A stretch of DNA of 63,554 nucleotides, filler included, from Gonapodya sp. JEL0774 (GCA_027604505.1; 10 parts of 10 records of this genome joined end to end with filler, not necessarily neighbours in it), one strand, 5' to 3'; shown: positions 38,031-51,354, counted from the whole stretch's first letter. Program-made: numbers and translations. The notes: a model not told the origin generated them from the sequence alone.

Positions 38031-38338
38031 TCTAAGGCGTGGTATCAGTGGCTGCAGAATGTTCGCGAACGTGTCACTTGCGAAGTTGCAGTCTGTCAAG
38101 ACTACGTACGTCATCGGTTGCCAGTACAGCCGTGCCACACGATGAGACCAGACAGGGAAGTTACCCATTTCATTAAAATTCTGCGATGATGAGCGAACTA
38201 TACTGTCGAGAGACTTTCTTTTATATGCACATTTTACANNNNNNNNNNNNNNNNNNNNNNNNNNNNNNNNNNNNNNNNNNNNTTAATTAATTAANNNNNN
38301 NNNNNNNNNNNNNNNNNNNNNNNNNNNNNNNNNNNNNN

Positions 38339-40150
38339 AAGAGTTGGGAGAACTCAGTTTGGAAAGCGAAGGTCTGCGAGTAACAACATAAGCACGGAAC
38401 CAGAGACAAGACGCACTACCTTGCCTGACTTACAGCTCACACTCTCACACAACATACACTCTGCATGTTCCTTAGCGGTTGTCTGGCATGCTTTGCAGCG
38501 TCCGCGCTGCCGCAACTGCTGTCCGTTCCACCGCTGTCCACTGATCCGTAAGTCGGCAGGAGTGCAGTTGGGCACCGAGAGCATTATGCCGGCATGTGCC
38601 GGTACGTTCTTTAACACTCCTTTCGGTGCGTCCATTTCCATCTGGTGTCAAGTTTGTGACCCCCCCACGCTGATGAATCGTGCTCAGTGCCCACCGGCCC
38701 CTTAGATATAAAACACGAGGGTAGTCGGTCCAACTGCGAGACAATTGGAGGGTGATGTGATGGGTGAAGGGTGAATGCGTCTCGAAGAGGACTTCAGACG
38801 AGGCCGGAGCAGTGGCGAGCATTATGGGAAACCCATAGGACACAAAAAAATGAAGCAATGTCAGAACGTTTGAAAGACGACTCGATTCTCATGATAACTT
38901 TGTACATCGAAAAAGGGGAATCAAGAACAAGGAACTGACCTCTCATGCCCCGCACCTTTCACGGGTCAACCATCTCGCGCGTCTTGATGAACTCATCTGC
39001 ACAACTTGGCCCATCCCGTCACCCGTGTTGAATTCTCCGACCACAGACCAACGCTGTACTACCTCGTCCCCAACAGCCCATAGGCGTCTCTGTTTGCGTA
39101 CAAAATACGTTATGTCAGGCGATTGTTCCCTCAGTGACATTGCAGGTGGCAATGCACTCACCTTCCAGATTTGACGGATCAGTGCGAAAGTCCACTTCCA
39201 ACACCTCCTCGATCCAGTAGCCACCAGAAAGCTTGAAGCAAAGTGGCGCTCAGTCAACACTTGGTTGAGGGGGCGGCATACGGTTGGGAGGTGAGGAGTG
39301 GAGCGCTGCCAAGACGGGAAGACAGATCGCGTATCATGGCTGGAAGCAACGAATGAGAGTTAAACCTTACGTTCACGCTTGGCGGACTCACCACCCCGAA
39401 GAAGGCTTGGGGAAAGGGTGGTGGTTGAAATGCGCAGGGAGTGCCAGTCGTGCTGCACGTTAGCGAGTGACCTGAAAAGGGGGGGAAGGCAGAGCATGAG
39501 GAGTCGCAAGGCAGGCCGTGAATGTAAGAGAAAGGACTTACCGAGGGGGAGGAACTCGTTTCCGTGATAGTTGATGACGGTTCCCCGTTGAAGTCGTTGG
39601 AACGAACCGCTACGGCTTAGAGATGAATGAGATGAGACAGGCTCGGTGAAAATTAAAGCACACAGGAGCAAAACCATATAAAAAAGCATTAGAAGGATGA
39701 TGCAGCGGTGGGTGCCATGGAAGACGAAAGCCATCTGTTCTCTGCCCACTCACCTCCACGAGAATTCCACGCGTCCATCCGTGTCTTGCAATCGGGTCAC
39801 CTCGGACCAACGCCAATCTTCATAAAATTGGACTCGCTTCGGTCCGTCTTGAGCGTCGTTGGCTTGGTGGAGGGTGGAAGGTGGAAGGACAAAGGTGTCG
39901 ACGCCAACCATCATACACTCAAATCGAGAGAAGAAAGACTGAAAACGACACAACTTACTTGCAATCCCTGATTCCACAGCGACGAGATGATCTTTCTGCG
40001 TCCTCACGTTTCACCGTCCGTCCTTCCGGCCTCCTCATTCCGGATCGTCGCGAGCCCACACTCACTCATACCTGTACACACATCCCGCCGACGGTGGACA
40101 GACACATTTCCGCACGAGCCACTCCACGTTTTCATTCGATGCGTTGGCAT
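38339..40150 (-). CDS. Hypothetical multi-exon gene or remnant with CxxC motifs near the contig edge
   Basis: A series of GT..AG-bounded open segments ending RCKACQTTAKEHAECMLCESVSC. No family recognised. Confidence 0.3.
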
Positions 40151-40613
40151 GTTGAACGTTGAGGTGGATTGGTGGAGTGGAGCACGGAGGCGGGGTGGGA
40201 TGGGAAGACGAGCGTCGCGGGGAGGGGACGGGGATCGAAGGAGAGAGCGACGGAAATGGGATATGAGCGGGAGTGCACACAGGTGGTCGAGCGCGACGGC
40301 GCGGGTTGAATATTGGGTCGGGGTGGGGATTGGTTGTGTCGTCACCAAACGACACAACACGATTGCACACGACTTTTCCTCCGTTCCATCAAGATAAGAG
40401 AAAAAGTAGTGCGAGGGTACAAACTTTTGAACATCTCACTAAAACTGTTTACTTTTACCGTACTGTACTACAATGAAAGTCTCTTCCTAAACTCTACAGA
40501 TCGAAGACTCTTCACACGAAACTGAACGTAAAGCAAAGAATAGATTGGAAAGGAAAAAAATCTCCCAACTACTCTGCCAGATCCCAACTCCACCTCTCCC
40601 ACTGCTGGAGTGT

Positions 40614-42397
40614 TCACCTCCCTTGCCCCGATCCTTCCCCAGCCCCTCCCGCTCCAAGCACCTCAGTCTGCACACCCATCCTCCAACTCCCACTCTGGTT
40701 CCCAGTTCCTGTCCCACCACCAGCTCCACCAAACCTCCCTATTGCCTCACCCCCTCCTACACTATACTCACCACCCCTCGACTCCACACCCCGCACAGGC
40801 CACGTTCCTGATGCTGGTGGTGTCGGCCCCGTGGGGTATGCTGACCGTTGCGGTGGGCCAGCCACGTCGCCATAGTACTGGGAGGAGAGAGGTGGCGCGT
40901 TGGGGACTGGACGAAAGGGGTTAGAGGGTGCAGGTGGAGGGCCAATGTTAAGGTGGGAGTCGTAACGGAGGGTGAAGGAGAGTGGGTTGTGGGGGAGTTG
41001 GGAGGGGGCAGGTACATCACCAGTGTCACTGACACAGACCATTGGGAAGGCACCCAAGGAGCTTGTTCTGGTGTTGAGGCCCTAAGAGAAGATGTAGAAA
41101 TGCACGAGGTAAATGATACATGCAGTAGAGAATATAAGAGACTATTGACAAATTGTGTGCAGGTTGCAAACAACTTTCACTCACCGATCCCTACCCGTCT
41201 GCATACTCTAGGTTCACAAATATTGCGTCTCCTACTATGATATGCAGTTCATCTGTGTCTTGTCCCTCAAAGTCAGAAACGGCATACATGAGGCGATGGA
41301 CTCTGCGGGGCGGCTGGGGTTCACGAGGTGGGGGAGCAGGTGGTAGGGATGCGAGTTGGGTGCGTAGGGTCACAACCTCATGTTCCAGCGTTGCGTTTTT
41401 GGTGGAGAGGGTGCGGTTCTCTGAGAAGAGGGTGCGCACTTCTGTTGAGAGTGTGCGGTTCTCAGTGGATAGGGCACGGTTCTCAGATTGGAGGTCCCGA
41501 TTGGCTGCTTCCAAGGTTGTGATCTTTGCCTGATTGTCCACATTCCGTCGCTCCATCTCCTCTGCCTTGCTTTCTGCAGTTGCTGTCCTCACAGAAAGCT
41601 CCTGAACCTGAGCCTTGAGACGATCCACTTCAGCCTGCAGCTCCCTATTTGCCCTGTCCTTGTCAGTGAGGAGTGAGACGAGGGCTTCAGTGGGTTGAGG
41701 AGATGTGGAAGGTGCATTGGTAGGTGGAGAAGAAGGTTGAGTGTGGGCAGGGACGGGAGTGGGAGGGTGGGATTGATGGTCTTGAAGAGCTTGCAAGAAA
41801 CGTCCATCTGGCCATTTGCGAGTGGCGTCGAGTTCCCTCTGAGTGACCACAGCCCCGTGAGAGAGGAGGAGTTTGACAATGGGGAGGGAAGGATGCAAAG
41901 TGAACACGATGAACATGTCCTCCAACTCCTTGGGATCTCTGATCTGGACGTCGCCGCCCTTGAGACTGATCGGGAGTTTGTTGTCAGAGTCGGGTAAATC
42001 TTTTGTGACACCGTGGTAACCCGTCCACTTCCCGCCCCTCGCCACCGCCAGTGTCAACGCAGACGGGAACAAAGCCGTCAAAGGCCAACGCCTGCTCCAC
42101 CTGTCCGCAGTCCACAATGACCAGTTGTCTGCAAACTTCCACTCACACACCCCGTTGGCATCGGCACCTCCTTCGAGCAACGCCTTGACAATCTCCTCAT
42201 TCGCATGCATGATCCCCAGCGTCAACGCAGATTCGCATTCTGCATAGTCCGTTTTTGTCTCCCTCCCGATCCTGCAGGTCAATGTGACCCGCTTCCGCGT
42301 ATTGGGGTTCGCCCCATCCGCTAGAAGCTGTCGCACCCGCTGCACCTGCCCGTTTTCGACCACTTCGATCAGTTGGATGTCACGTGCGGTTGACATG
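40614..42397 (-). pseudogene. Ankyrin + coiled-coil + SH3 protein with a premature TAG in the SH3 domain
   Basis: Ankyrin motifs (VRQLLADGANPN, ESALTLG..IVKALLEGGADAN) and a heptad coil. SH3 reads YAVSDFEGQDTDEL..GDAIFVNLEYADG*GS/GLNTRTSSLGAFPMVCV. Confidence 0.75.
41395..41494 (-). repeat. 21-bp heptad-coding tandem repeat (LQSENRA LSTENRT LSTEVRT LFSENRT LSTKNAT)
   Basis: 21-nt periodicity is visible in both DNA and protein. Confidence 0.85.
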
Positions 42398-43626
42398 GCG
42401 GTTTTCGATCTGAGTTTCGTGATGTTGAGCTTTGTTTGCGATTTCGGTTGGTGCTGTGACCAGGCTGCGCCATTCGTTTCTGCGGACATTCTAAACACCC
42501 CCGCGAAGACGACGCGGACTTGTAACTTTATTATTAAATATCATTTGTACTACGTACATAATACATACATCTCAACTGGCCCTGCTCCCGGGGTCGGTGC
42601 TGCTCCACATTCATTCCGCGTTACGTTCCCGACTTCTCCTCGCCCGCTCACCACACGCTCTCTCCCCAGAACGCTCCCCATGGCAGAACTCTCCAGAATT
42701 GGTCATCTCCGGGGTTTCCAGCCGCCCTACTGTGCCCCTGTCTTCGGCTCCCCACCTCAACCTCCTGCCTGCCGCCACCACCCCCACCTGCTTTTGTCTC
42801 CTCCTCCTGAACCTAGACGCCCCCCCCTCGGCTCCCCCAGTACATTGCCCCTCCCCCCCCCTCAGCCCCTCACCCCCTCACCCCCGCCCTGGCCCCCCAA
42901 TCTCGCCCCCCCCTGACCCACCTGTCCGGCCACCCCCCCTCGGCGCCTCCCTCACCCCGCTTTGCCTCCCCCATCCNNNNNNNNNNCTGTCATCGGCGCC
43001 ACATACCACACCCACCCCCCCAACACTTCCTCGACCCCCCATTTTCACGCCCATCAAATCGCACTCGCTTCCCCACCGTACAACTCACGTTTTTTCCTGC
43101 CCGCTGTTCCATATTCCAAGTTTCCATGCTGGTCTCAAGCCCGCCCCGTTCCAGTTGACACACATCCGTCCGCGTAGAACACTGGTACCGACGTCGAGGC
43201 TTGTTGACCGTTGCCGCGTAACAGCCAGCCATCCACCTCCCATAATGGGGACCTGCCGTTTTGCCTATCATGCTTTCGTTTGTCCCAGAGCTCCCCGTCC
43301 CGGAAATCCCTCGTTGGTTTCCTTGGCTTTTCCCGTTCCCCTTTGGGCCCGCGACTGCACTCCGTTCTCCGCCACGCTTCTACAGGCACTCAAATCCACG
43401 ATCTACACTGCATCCAATTATTGATATGCGCTTATAAGCTCTGCGTATCTGTCACATCGTTACGTGCCCGGGGAAGGGGGCACATTTGTCTGCCTTGGAA
43501 CCCCCAAAGACACAAAATCAGAACAACGCTCACTGTAAACTTCTGTTCCACAGTGCCATCGCAAACTCACCTCCCTGCACATCTTGGTTTCCATGTCATC
43601 CTCCGCTTCTCCTTCTGCGGCCCGTA

Positions 43627-44287
43627 TCGTCCCGTTTCGTCTCCTCTGTTCGCGGTGCAACAGGGTGGACTTGAACGAGAGGGCGGGCATGATGAGTGTC
43701 ATGGTGAATCCCCGTGGCTGAATGAGGGGAAGACCCAGTGGGACGGGGAGCGGGTCTTTCTTTCGTACAACGAGCGGAAACTGGGGAGCGGTCAGGGGAA
43801 GTTGGAGCAAGTGAGACCGAAAGAATGAAAACACATTGAAACGTATCACCTACCGTGTAAATACACCACGCTCGCCATCGTAATCTCTGTTGGCATGTCG
43901 TCTGCCAGCCCTTCCCTGCACCAGCACCGTCCCTCCGGCGACCATCATCGTCTTTTGCCGGTCGCGGTGCCTGTATACCCTTCTCGATTCCATTGTCTTA
44001 ATCTGCCTCCCCACCGCGTCCCGTTTCCAGGTCTCCTCCGTTCGCCGTGCAAACAGGTGGAGTTGAACGAGTGGGTCCGGAGGTGACAAAAGTTGAGAGG
44101 GCCGGTGGAATTCCACTGCGAATGTCGTGGCTGAACGAGGAAGACCCGGGGTGAGGGGGTGGGTGTCTGTCTTTAGTGCGACATTTCATGTGAGTGCGAT
44201 TTCCTGGTGATCGGAGGACAGAGGTTGGAGAAAGTGAAACCGAGACAATGAAAAAAACCACAAATGGAACATCTTGAACGTAAACCA
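43627..44287. repeat. Diverged direct repeat pair (about 43627-43850 and about 44016-44287)
   Basis: Shared blocks in the same order: cgtcccgtttc, ggtgga(c/g)ttgaacgag, cgtggctgaa..gaagaccc, gttggag..aagtga.accga..aatgaaaa. Confidence 0.75.
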
Positions 44288-45989
44288 TGCTTGCCATCCG
44301 TTGCTCGCATGACATCCCGTCCGCCCCATCGCGCAACGGCCTTCTCCCCCCGACCCGCCCTCCCTTGGCGCTTTCTCCGGGTTCCTACTCCGACATGTCC
44401 TCCCACTCGCAGCGCCACGGAATGTTGGATTGTAATAGGGTGTCGTGTACGTGTACGGCCCAAAACTGACCCCCTCTGATCAGCCCAAAAACTTTTCTGA
44501 ACAAGGAAACCATATATAAAAATGTTGTTGGGGTGGTTGGCTGGTCTCCAGGAACTCTTTGGGAGTCTGGAATTTGTCCCCTGCCAGGCGCAAANNNNNN
44601 NNNNNNNNNNNNNNNNNNNNNNNNNNNNNNNNNNNNNNTTAATTAATTAANNNNNNNNNNNNNNNNNNNNNNNNNNNNNNNNNNNNNNNNNNNNCACCCT
44701 TAGATCCATATTATTGAAGATGAAAGTTTTGTTTCAAAAGTATATTAATTTGAAGAACTGTGCCATGACATCAGCCTCAAGCTTATACAGACCCAGCTCT
44801 CTGACCCTTTGTGGGTTCCACCCCACTTGCATTCTCCGTTTCCCTTCTATTCCCACGTGCATTACCTCTCCATCTTCCCTCCCTCAACCAGTCCAGTTTG
44901 CCCCCTGTGTTGGTACCAGTTTTGACGCTTTGGGTTAGGTTCTAGTCAAGAAGATACAGTCAGATAAGATCATTCAGTGAGCATTTGAGTGTGAGGGTGT
45001 ACTCACCAGGGTTGCTCTCACTTTTGTCTGCAGGCCAACATGGGGCTTGCATGGCTGTGGGAGGCAGGACACAGAGTTGATTTATGCTGCAGAGCATCCT
45101 CATGCAATATAATGTGAACTAGCAACAGCGATATTAAAGTAGACTGATAAATTTACCATTGTATGTGCTCTTGTCCACATTGTCACCCTCACCTTTGTCC
45201 CCTTTGCCTGCATCCCCATCATTGATATTTCCCAATCAGTATGGGTCTCTTCATCATGTTCACAACATATGGAAGTTACATATACAAACAAATACGCGTA
45301 ACAATGGTAGGAATAATTACCTGCTGATCCCTCTGCACCACCCTTGGCCTCTGCCTCACCATCAATGTACTTATTACATTGTATCAAGTGGAACGCAAGT
45401 ATTAGCACACAGTTGCAGTCGCTGAAATGCAATAGTAAGCTTACGTTGTGCACAGCTGCCACTATCATGACCACACTGGTCTTGCTCTGTAGAAATCGTT
45501 TTTGTTAACACTAAATCACAACAGATAATGATCAAAACATGACTTACAAGCTGGAGGGACATCAATAAGTGAACTTGGAGCAGTGGGTGAGGAGGTGTCA
45601 CTCCAATTCTGCTAAACATAGATTAAGCTATGTGGTGGTGTGCAGGGACTGTGCACTGTGTGGCATTAAGCCACAACCTCTCACACCTGGGACAGAGAGC
45701 AATTTGTTGGCTACATCTGTCCTAGGTGAGTCAAGCACTGATGCGCAATGGTTGTTTACTGCTGATATTCACATTCTGAATAAATATGTTTTTGCTACAT
45801 CTGTCCTAGTCCTCATTGTGACGATCTCGGACTAGTTGGGGCTTACTGCTCTGACAGGAAGGGACATTGGTGACTTTCTTCGCAGGCAGCAAGGCAATTG
45901 GGTTGCACCTAGTGGACAGGGTGTATTGTGGGAAATTCTTGTCCTGGATCAATCTAGTTGTGGTTAGGGAAATTAACACCAGAAAGCAA

Positions 45990-48680
45990 ATACTGTCACT
46001 CATATCTGCAATGTCCTCCCCATGTCATCACGTAAGAGATTATCTATTGCAAGGAAATGTTTTTCGAGGTTCACCAGAAGATTGATGCAGAAAACCAAGT
46101 GTTGCATCGGTGCCCCAGAATGGTGCACGCTCCAGCAGTTTTCCTGTCCCAAAGCTTGGCAACACAGCTCCATCACCCAGACTACATACCAGAGTAATAA
46201 GCTCCATGCGAGGTGTGGATGGTACTTGCTGTGAGAAATACGGGAGTTTCTTCTTGCCCTTCTTGGACTGGGACAAGACCATTCATTTCTGTCAAAACAT
46301 AATGTATATAAAGCAAGAATAGTAAATTGGGGTTAATCAACAAAAGATAACTCACCAGAACATTAAGATCAGGAACTGCGCATGGCCCAAATAGATTTGA
46401 GTTGGTCCACTTGTGGCGCCAATATGAACCATTTGACCAGTGGAGCAGGGCTGGTGAAGTTGAAGTGACATGCATAGTGGGTGACGTTGTTGGTGGTGTC
46501 AAATAGTGTGCTGCTGTTGGGAAGGTGGCCCTTGGATGCGGGAGCTGACTGGAATGTGAAATGCACAGTGGCAGAGGTGAGCGCACAGGCAGTCTCGTAG
46601 TCTGACCTCATAGTGGCAAACTCGGACATGTTGATTCACTGACAAACATGTATCAGTAACGTGCGATAGTACAAAAGAACAGACCACTTACCCCAATGAG
46701 TACCCCACCTTGCTTCAGAACATTCTTAAGTGTAATGAGTCGGAGTCCACGCAGTTTAGCTTGTAGTCTCTGGGCCAAAGACTTCAGGAACATTAGTGCA
46801 ACACTCATTGGTCTCAATTTGTCCGCATCTTCAGGGTTGAGGAAATCAATTATGAAAACCAAATGATTTGCACCTTGTTCAGTCGTGAATGCCATAAGCA
46901 CTGCCTCTAGTTGATCCCACAAGATGGGCAGCGGAGAGAGCAAGAGGATTTATGGGCTTGCGACTCTTGCGCTGTTTCTAAATAACACATGTTAGCAAAC
47001 ATACAGAGGAATTAAAACCATTCATATACCTTCTGTTTCAGGGTAGCATCAGTCTCTTCCTCGGAGGATTTTGAAGGACCTTTAGTGTTGTTGTCTTCCT
47101 TGCATTCAACAGTAAGATCCTACTACCGGTTTAGCAAATGCATGTACGCAATATTCAAATTGACAGCAACTGGTCACTCACATCTTCAGGCTTAAGATCC
47201 GTGGGGGGCAAATAGGCAAACGCAAAGGATTCGCCTTGTGCTTTGCGACGTGGTTTTGGTGAAAGGGATGGATCTCCAACTGGATGGTGGTAAGTGACAC
47301 ATTGTGCCCTAACCCCAAATGCCATAAGACATACCTTTCTCCTTTCCCTTACCACTTGTGGCACCTTGGGGGGTAAGTTCAAGCATCCTGGCAACCTGAG
47401 CGATAACTTCAGCCTGTGTGGTATGCTTGGGGAATGTGCCTGTCCGGATTGAAATCATTTAATGAAGAGAGACGGAGTTACAACACATTCTGCAATTATC
47501 AATTCGGTGGCCTGCTCCTTCTTTTTGTGCATCCATCCCTGACTGCTGTTGATCCATGGAAGATACACCTCGCCCCATAGCTTCACCAATTTCTTGACCT
47601 CCTTTTGTGTTGCAGCTTTTGGTAACTCAGCAAGCCGTCGTATAAATGTTTCCTGTGGATATCACATTCAATTCAGGGATATTCGAAATGTTGTCTCAGC
47701 AACACATATAGTACAAATTTCTGTGAACTTACCGCAAGGTCCGGATTCCTGTCCACTATCTGCCCATTGACAGTGCCTTCCACGTAGAAAACACCGATTG
47801 GGAGACAGAATTGAGGGTGGTTGTTGACAGAGTCCCTCTGACGTATGGAATTGAACTGAGGGTCATGTTAGAACAGGTGCACATAGAAACTATCGATGAC
47901 GCACTCACGTTTGGTATGACATGGTAGTATCTCACAACAGCCAGTCAGCTGTTGACTTGCGTGATGATAGTCTTGCCGGCCCCTTCAAAGCTTTTGACAA
48001 TGTCACAGTTGGTGAGCAGCCTGCCGTTGCTGTTGGTGAAGGTGATTGTCCAGAGCATCGTGATGTAGGTGTCATACATGGTCATGGGTACATCTGTTGG
48101 AGATGGAGGTGAGCAAAGGAAGGTATGGGCCCAATGGTTAGGTACTCATGTGTCTCGTCAGAGTAATTCATCATGGACCTGATATGCCAGCAAACGCTGT
48201 CCAGCGTGTCAGCCTACAGTGTGAGCATCATGCCTTGAGTTGGGATACTAGATGGAATTCCAAACGTTCTCGAAGACTTACCCTTAAAACAATCCCAGTG
48301 ACAGACATTGTTCCATCCAGAAGACCTGGAAGAGACTCTATCTCCTTGCCCAGCTCCTTGCGGCAGATGAGCGCGATAAGACTGTGATTTCCATTGAAGA
48401 TGCCATAGAGTCTGCCTCCCAGCTTGATGAGGATCACGACGCTTGTGAGAAGACAGCCCAGCTTGGCAATGGCAGTCCTGGAGTAGGCTAGTCGTCAGAA
48501 AGATGGAGATGAATAGGTTATCAACCGCTTACATGAGCTCCTTGTTGCCTGTCTCATAGCGTTCCCGAACTTGCTCAAACCTCCCATGGTCCAGCTGGAT
48601 ATCTTTGATGGGGACTTGGCCATTGCCAGGGAGGCAGCAACAATTGATGAGTTGCTGGATCAAGTTCCTGGTATTTCCAA
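45990..48680 (-). pseudogene. Decayed intron-containing gene with ParB-like N-terminus and N6/N4-DNA-methyltransferase-like C-terminal motif
   Basis: GRLYGIFNGNHSLIAL (about 48370-48420). YFSQQVP..ELITLVCSLGDGAVLPSFGTG, then a frameshift to TAGACTILGHRC (about 46090-46240). Many stops. Confidence 0.4.
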
Positions 48681-48879
48681 GAGGTGATCTCAGAAGGTGT
48701 GATCAGGCACGCACAGGCCTGTTTTCACATTCTGAGATCATCCCCCAAAACCAACTGGTACCTGTTCAACCACCACTCTAAAACACCCCCCGCTCCGTTG
48801 CAGAGGAGCCCCACTTTCAGAGAGTGTATTGCTGTACTTCTAATAGTTTTTTTTTTGTTTATGAGTGAATATTGGACCA

Positions 48880-50450
48880 AAAATGTGGTGCGCTCCAGAC
48901 ACACGCTTTGAACGAGCAAGCGACGAGCAGGAAATCACTTGCTTGCCTTTGCCTTGTCACATTCTTGATGTGCTTGTTCTCGCCTCGTCTTTGGTCAGGG
49001 CAACTCGTAACTCGCTCGTATTATTGTATAGTCTAAAGTTCCCAGACAGTACCAGGTACATTTGTTTTCCAATATTTAAGTTGAATAGAATTAGCTATCA
49101 TACTAGGTTTCAAAGAGCCCTGCTAATCAGTAATCAAATCCTTTCCCTTCAAGAAAACCCTCTCAGACTCAGCACTGGTTGCCAGAATACATAAATAATC
49201 ACGAGCCATATGGTGCCAGCCTGGATAACTGTTGTGGTTCAGCTTCCAGTAGTCCAGCACATGGAGGAACTTCTTGCGTCGACCAGCAAGCTTGAAGCTG
49301 TACTTGGAATGGAAAGCAAGAGACACCAAAAGTACACATCACCTGGACATCAAGAGCTGTCAGATGTATATCAAGATGGTAAAACTTTCAAGATATGAGG
49401 CGGTTGGCAGCGAAGATGGAGCTTGATAAATGTGAACAGGAACCGACCTTGGAAGCAGTTTTTCACATGCTGGACAAGGTAACCGTTTTTGATTTGATAC
49501 ACTCAAATGATTCAAACTGATTTTTGCCTTCAAACTTTTGAGACTTCTTCAGGAGGACTAGAGTCTTCTGTTCTCTTCCATATATTTTCAAGAGCATTAT
49601 CTCCAGAGGCTCAATTTCCTCCTCATGTTGCAGCAGTACTGGGCCAACTTGGACAAGTACCGTTGGCACCTCAGATAGTGCACAGAGCTGTGTGGATTAG
49701 TCATACTCTCCAGGTGCTAGAGTGTGCCACAAACTCGGGCATGTTTGTTGACCTCGAAGGCCTTACATATGGTGTAACGACTCTTCTCCATCTGGAAGAA
49801 TCAGCTTCCTCCCATTCTGGGCCATTAGCATGTCGCAAATATGATCTCATCGAGCAATGAAGCAAGCTTGTTTCGGACTTGGAAGAACTTGCAAATGAAA
49901 TGGACCTCACAGCGCTCAAATTTTCTGAACAAGCAGCCACATTAATCAGCCTGTCCAACGGCCAATCCCAAGGTCATGCTGGATTTGCTGTCAGGGTTTT
50001 GGTAAAAGACCCCTCCCCAGCTGGTGTGGATGGCCATTCAGCTCTCAAATGCATAGGTGTTGGTGGAAATACTCCGCGCCTTGGCGATTACCAGGATCAA
50101 CATCTGGGATCTGTTGTCAACAATGGCTCCTTTGAATATGATTGCTGTTTCAATAACTCCTCAATTGTTTCACGTGGTACTTTCTGTGAATTACCAACCA
50201 CATCCATTGCTGTTCCTACGAGCAAATTGGGATGTTTGGTACTGGATTCCTTTCTCAAGGAGGATGGAACTGATCAGGAAGAAGATTTGTTGGACTTCAT
50301 GGAGCTAATCTGCTTTTGGTGAACAGTATGATTTGTATATTCAAACGGATTGCTTGGCAGTCTATTTCCACTACAGTGTGTAAGTGCCTTCAATTAATCA
50401 ATTCACGATTCTGCGCGCTCACACTCGCCACATCAGCCCGCGAGTTTGTG
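48880..50450 (-). mobile_element. Degenerate hAT-superfamily DNA transposon
   Basis: hAT C-terminal dimerization motif VLDYWKLNHNSYPGWHHMARDYLCILATSAESERVF (49123-49329). CTCG/CGAG-rich subterminal-like patches near 48900-49020 and 50410-50440. Boundaries approximate. Confidence 0.7.
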
Positions 50451-51354
50451 TAGACAACACACCCCAACATGGACGTCAGCGTGTACATGGTGGATTGAGC
50501 TCACGCTGGGACTTTGTGGAGAATTACTGAGGTGGAAAAAGAGGAAGATTGGCCGGCAAGTGGTTTGGAGATGTGGGGCTGGTGTGGTTTGAATATTGAG
50601 AGGGTAAACAGTGACACTACCAAGTAAGAACCTTTTTCAGCTGCCGTCCAAGATTGAAACTCTTTTGATTACTTTGTCGTCATTGTTCCATCCCAGCGCT
50701 TTCCTTTTCGAGTCCGCACGCACAAACGCAAAGGTGCCACTTGCTGGTAGCCATCGCTCACGGATATTCCCGTCCCCGATTCGACCTCTGGGGATGTAAC
50801 TCCATCGGTTACCGCGGTGATCAGGGTAAAAGGGACCACTGATAAGAATCCTCTGGAAGAGGATGTCAAAGACGTTTGCCAACTTGGGGGTGTGTTGGGT
50901 CAAGGATTAGCTATGATAAACAGCAATGGAGGGCCTCAACGNNNNNNNNNNNNNNNNNNNNNNNNNNNNNNNNNNNNNNNNNNNNTTAATTAATTAANNN
51001 NNNNNNNNNNNNNNNNNNNNNNNNNNNNNNNNNNNNNNNNNAGACACGTGTCGGTTACACAATGCTTCATTACTGTCAGGAGAATGCCAATTATCTTCGG
51101 CTGTCCGTCTAATTGATTGCACATATCAAACAAAATTTTACAAAATATCACACCCTTCACAATGGTCTATCCTCGAGGCATCTCATACAATTTACAAGAC
51201 CCATTAATTCTGAGTCTCCAAGCTGGTTATTCTCTGGTTGTTCAGTCGTCCGATCAGAAAGTGAGCCCGCTTCAGAGTCTCGCGACCAGTGAGTGTCAAA
51301 AAGCCCTTGCAGGGAAGGAAGGAAAGCGAATCTCCTTTTTGTCACCCGAAACCC

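Noticed and set aside
9055..41193. Possible UAG stop-codon reassignment suggested by in-frame TAGs at 9055, 14865 and 41191
   Set aside because: The implied residues differ (Lys, unknown, Trp), TAG appears to end other genes normally (11483, 2723), and long conserved genes have no internal TAG. Independent nonsense mutations explain it better.
42284..43424. Pro-rich plus-strand ORFs over a poly-C region
   Set aside because: Low-complexity C runs next to a gap, with no domain or splice support.
50611..50941. Short ORFs at the end of contig 8
   Set aside because: Too short and truncated to assign; no recognisable motif.
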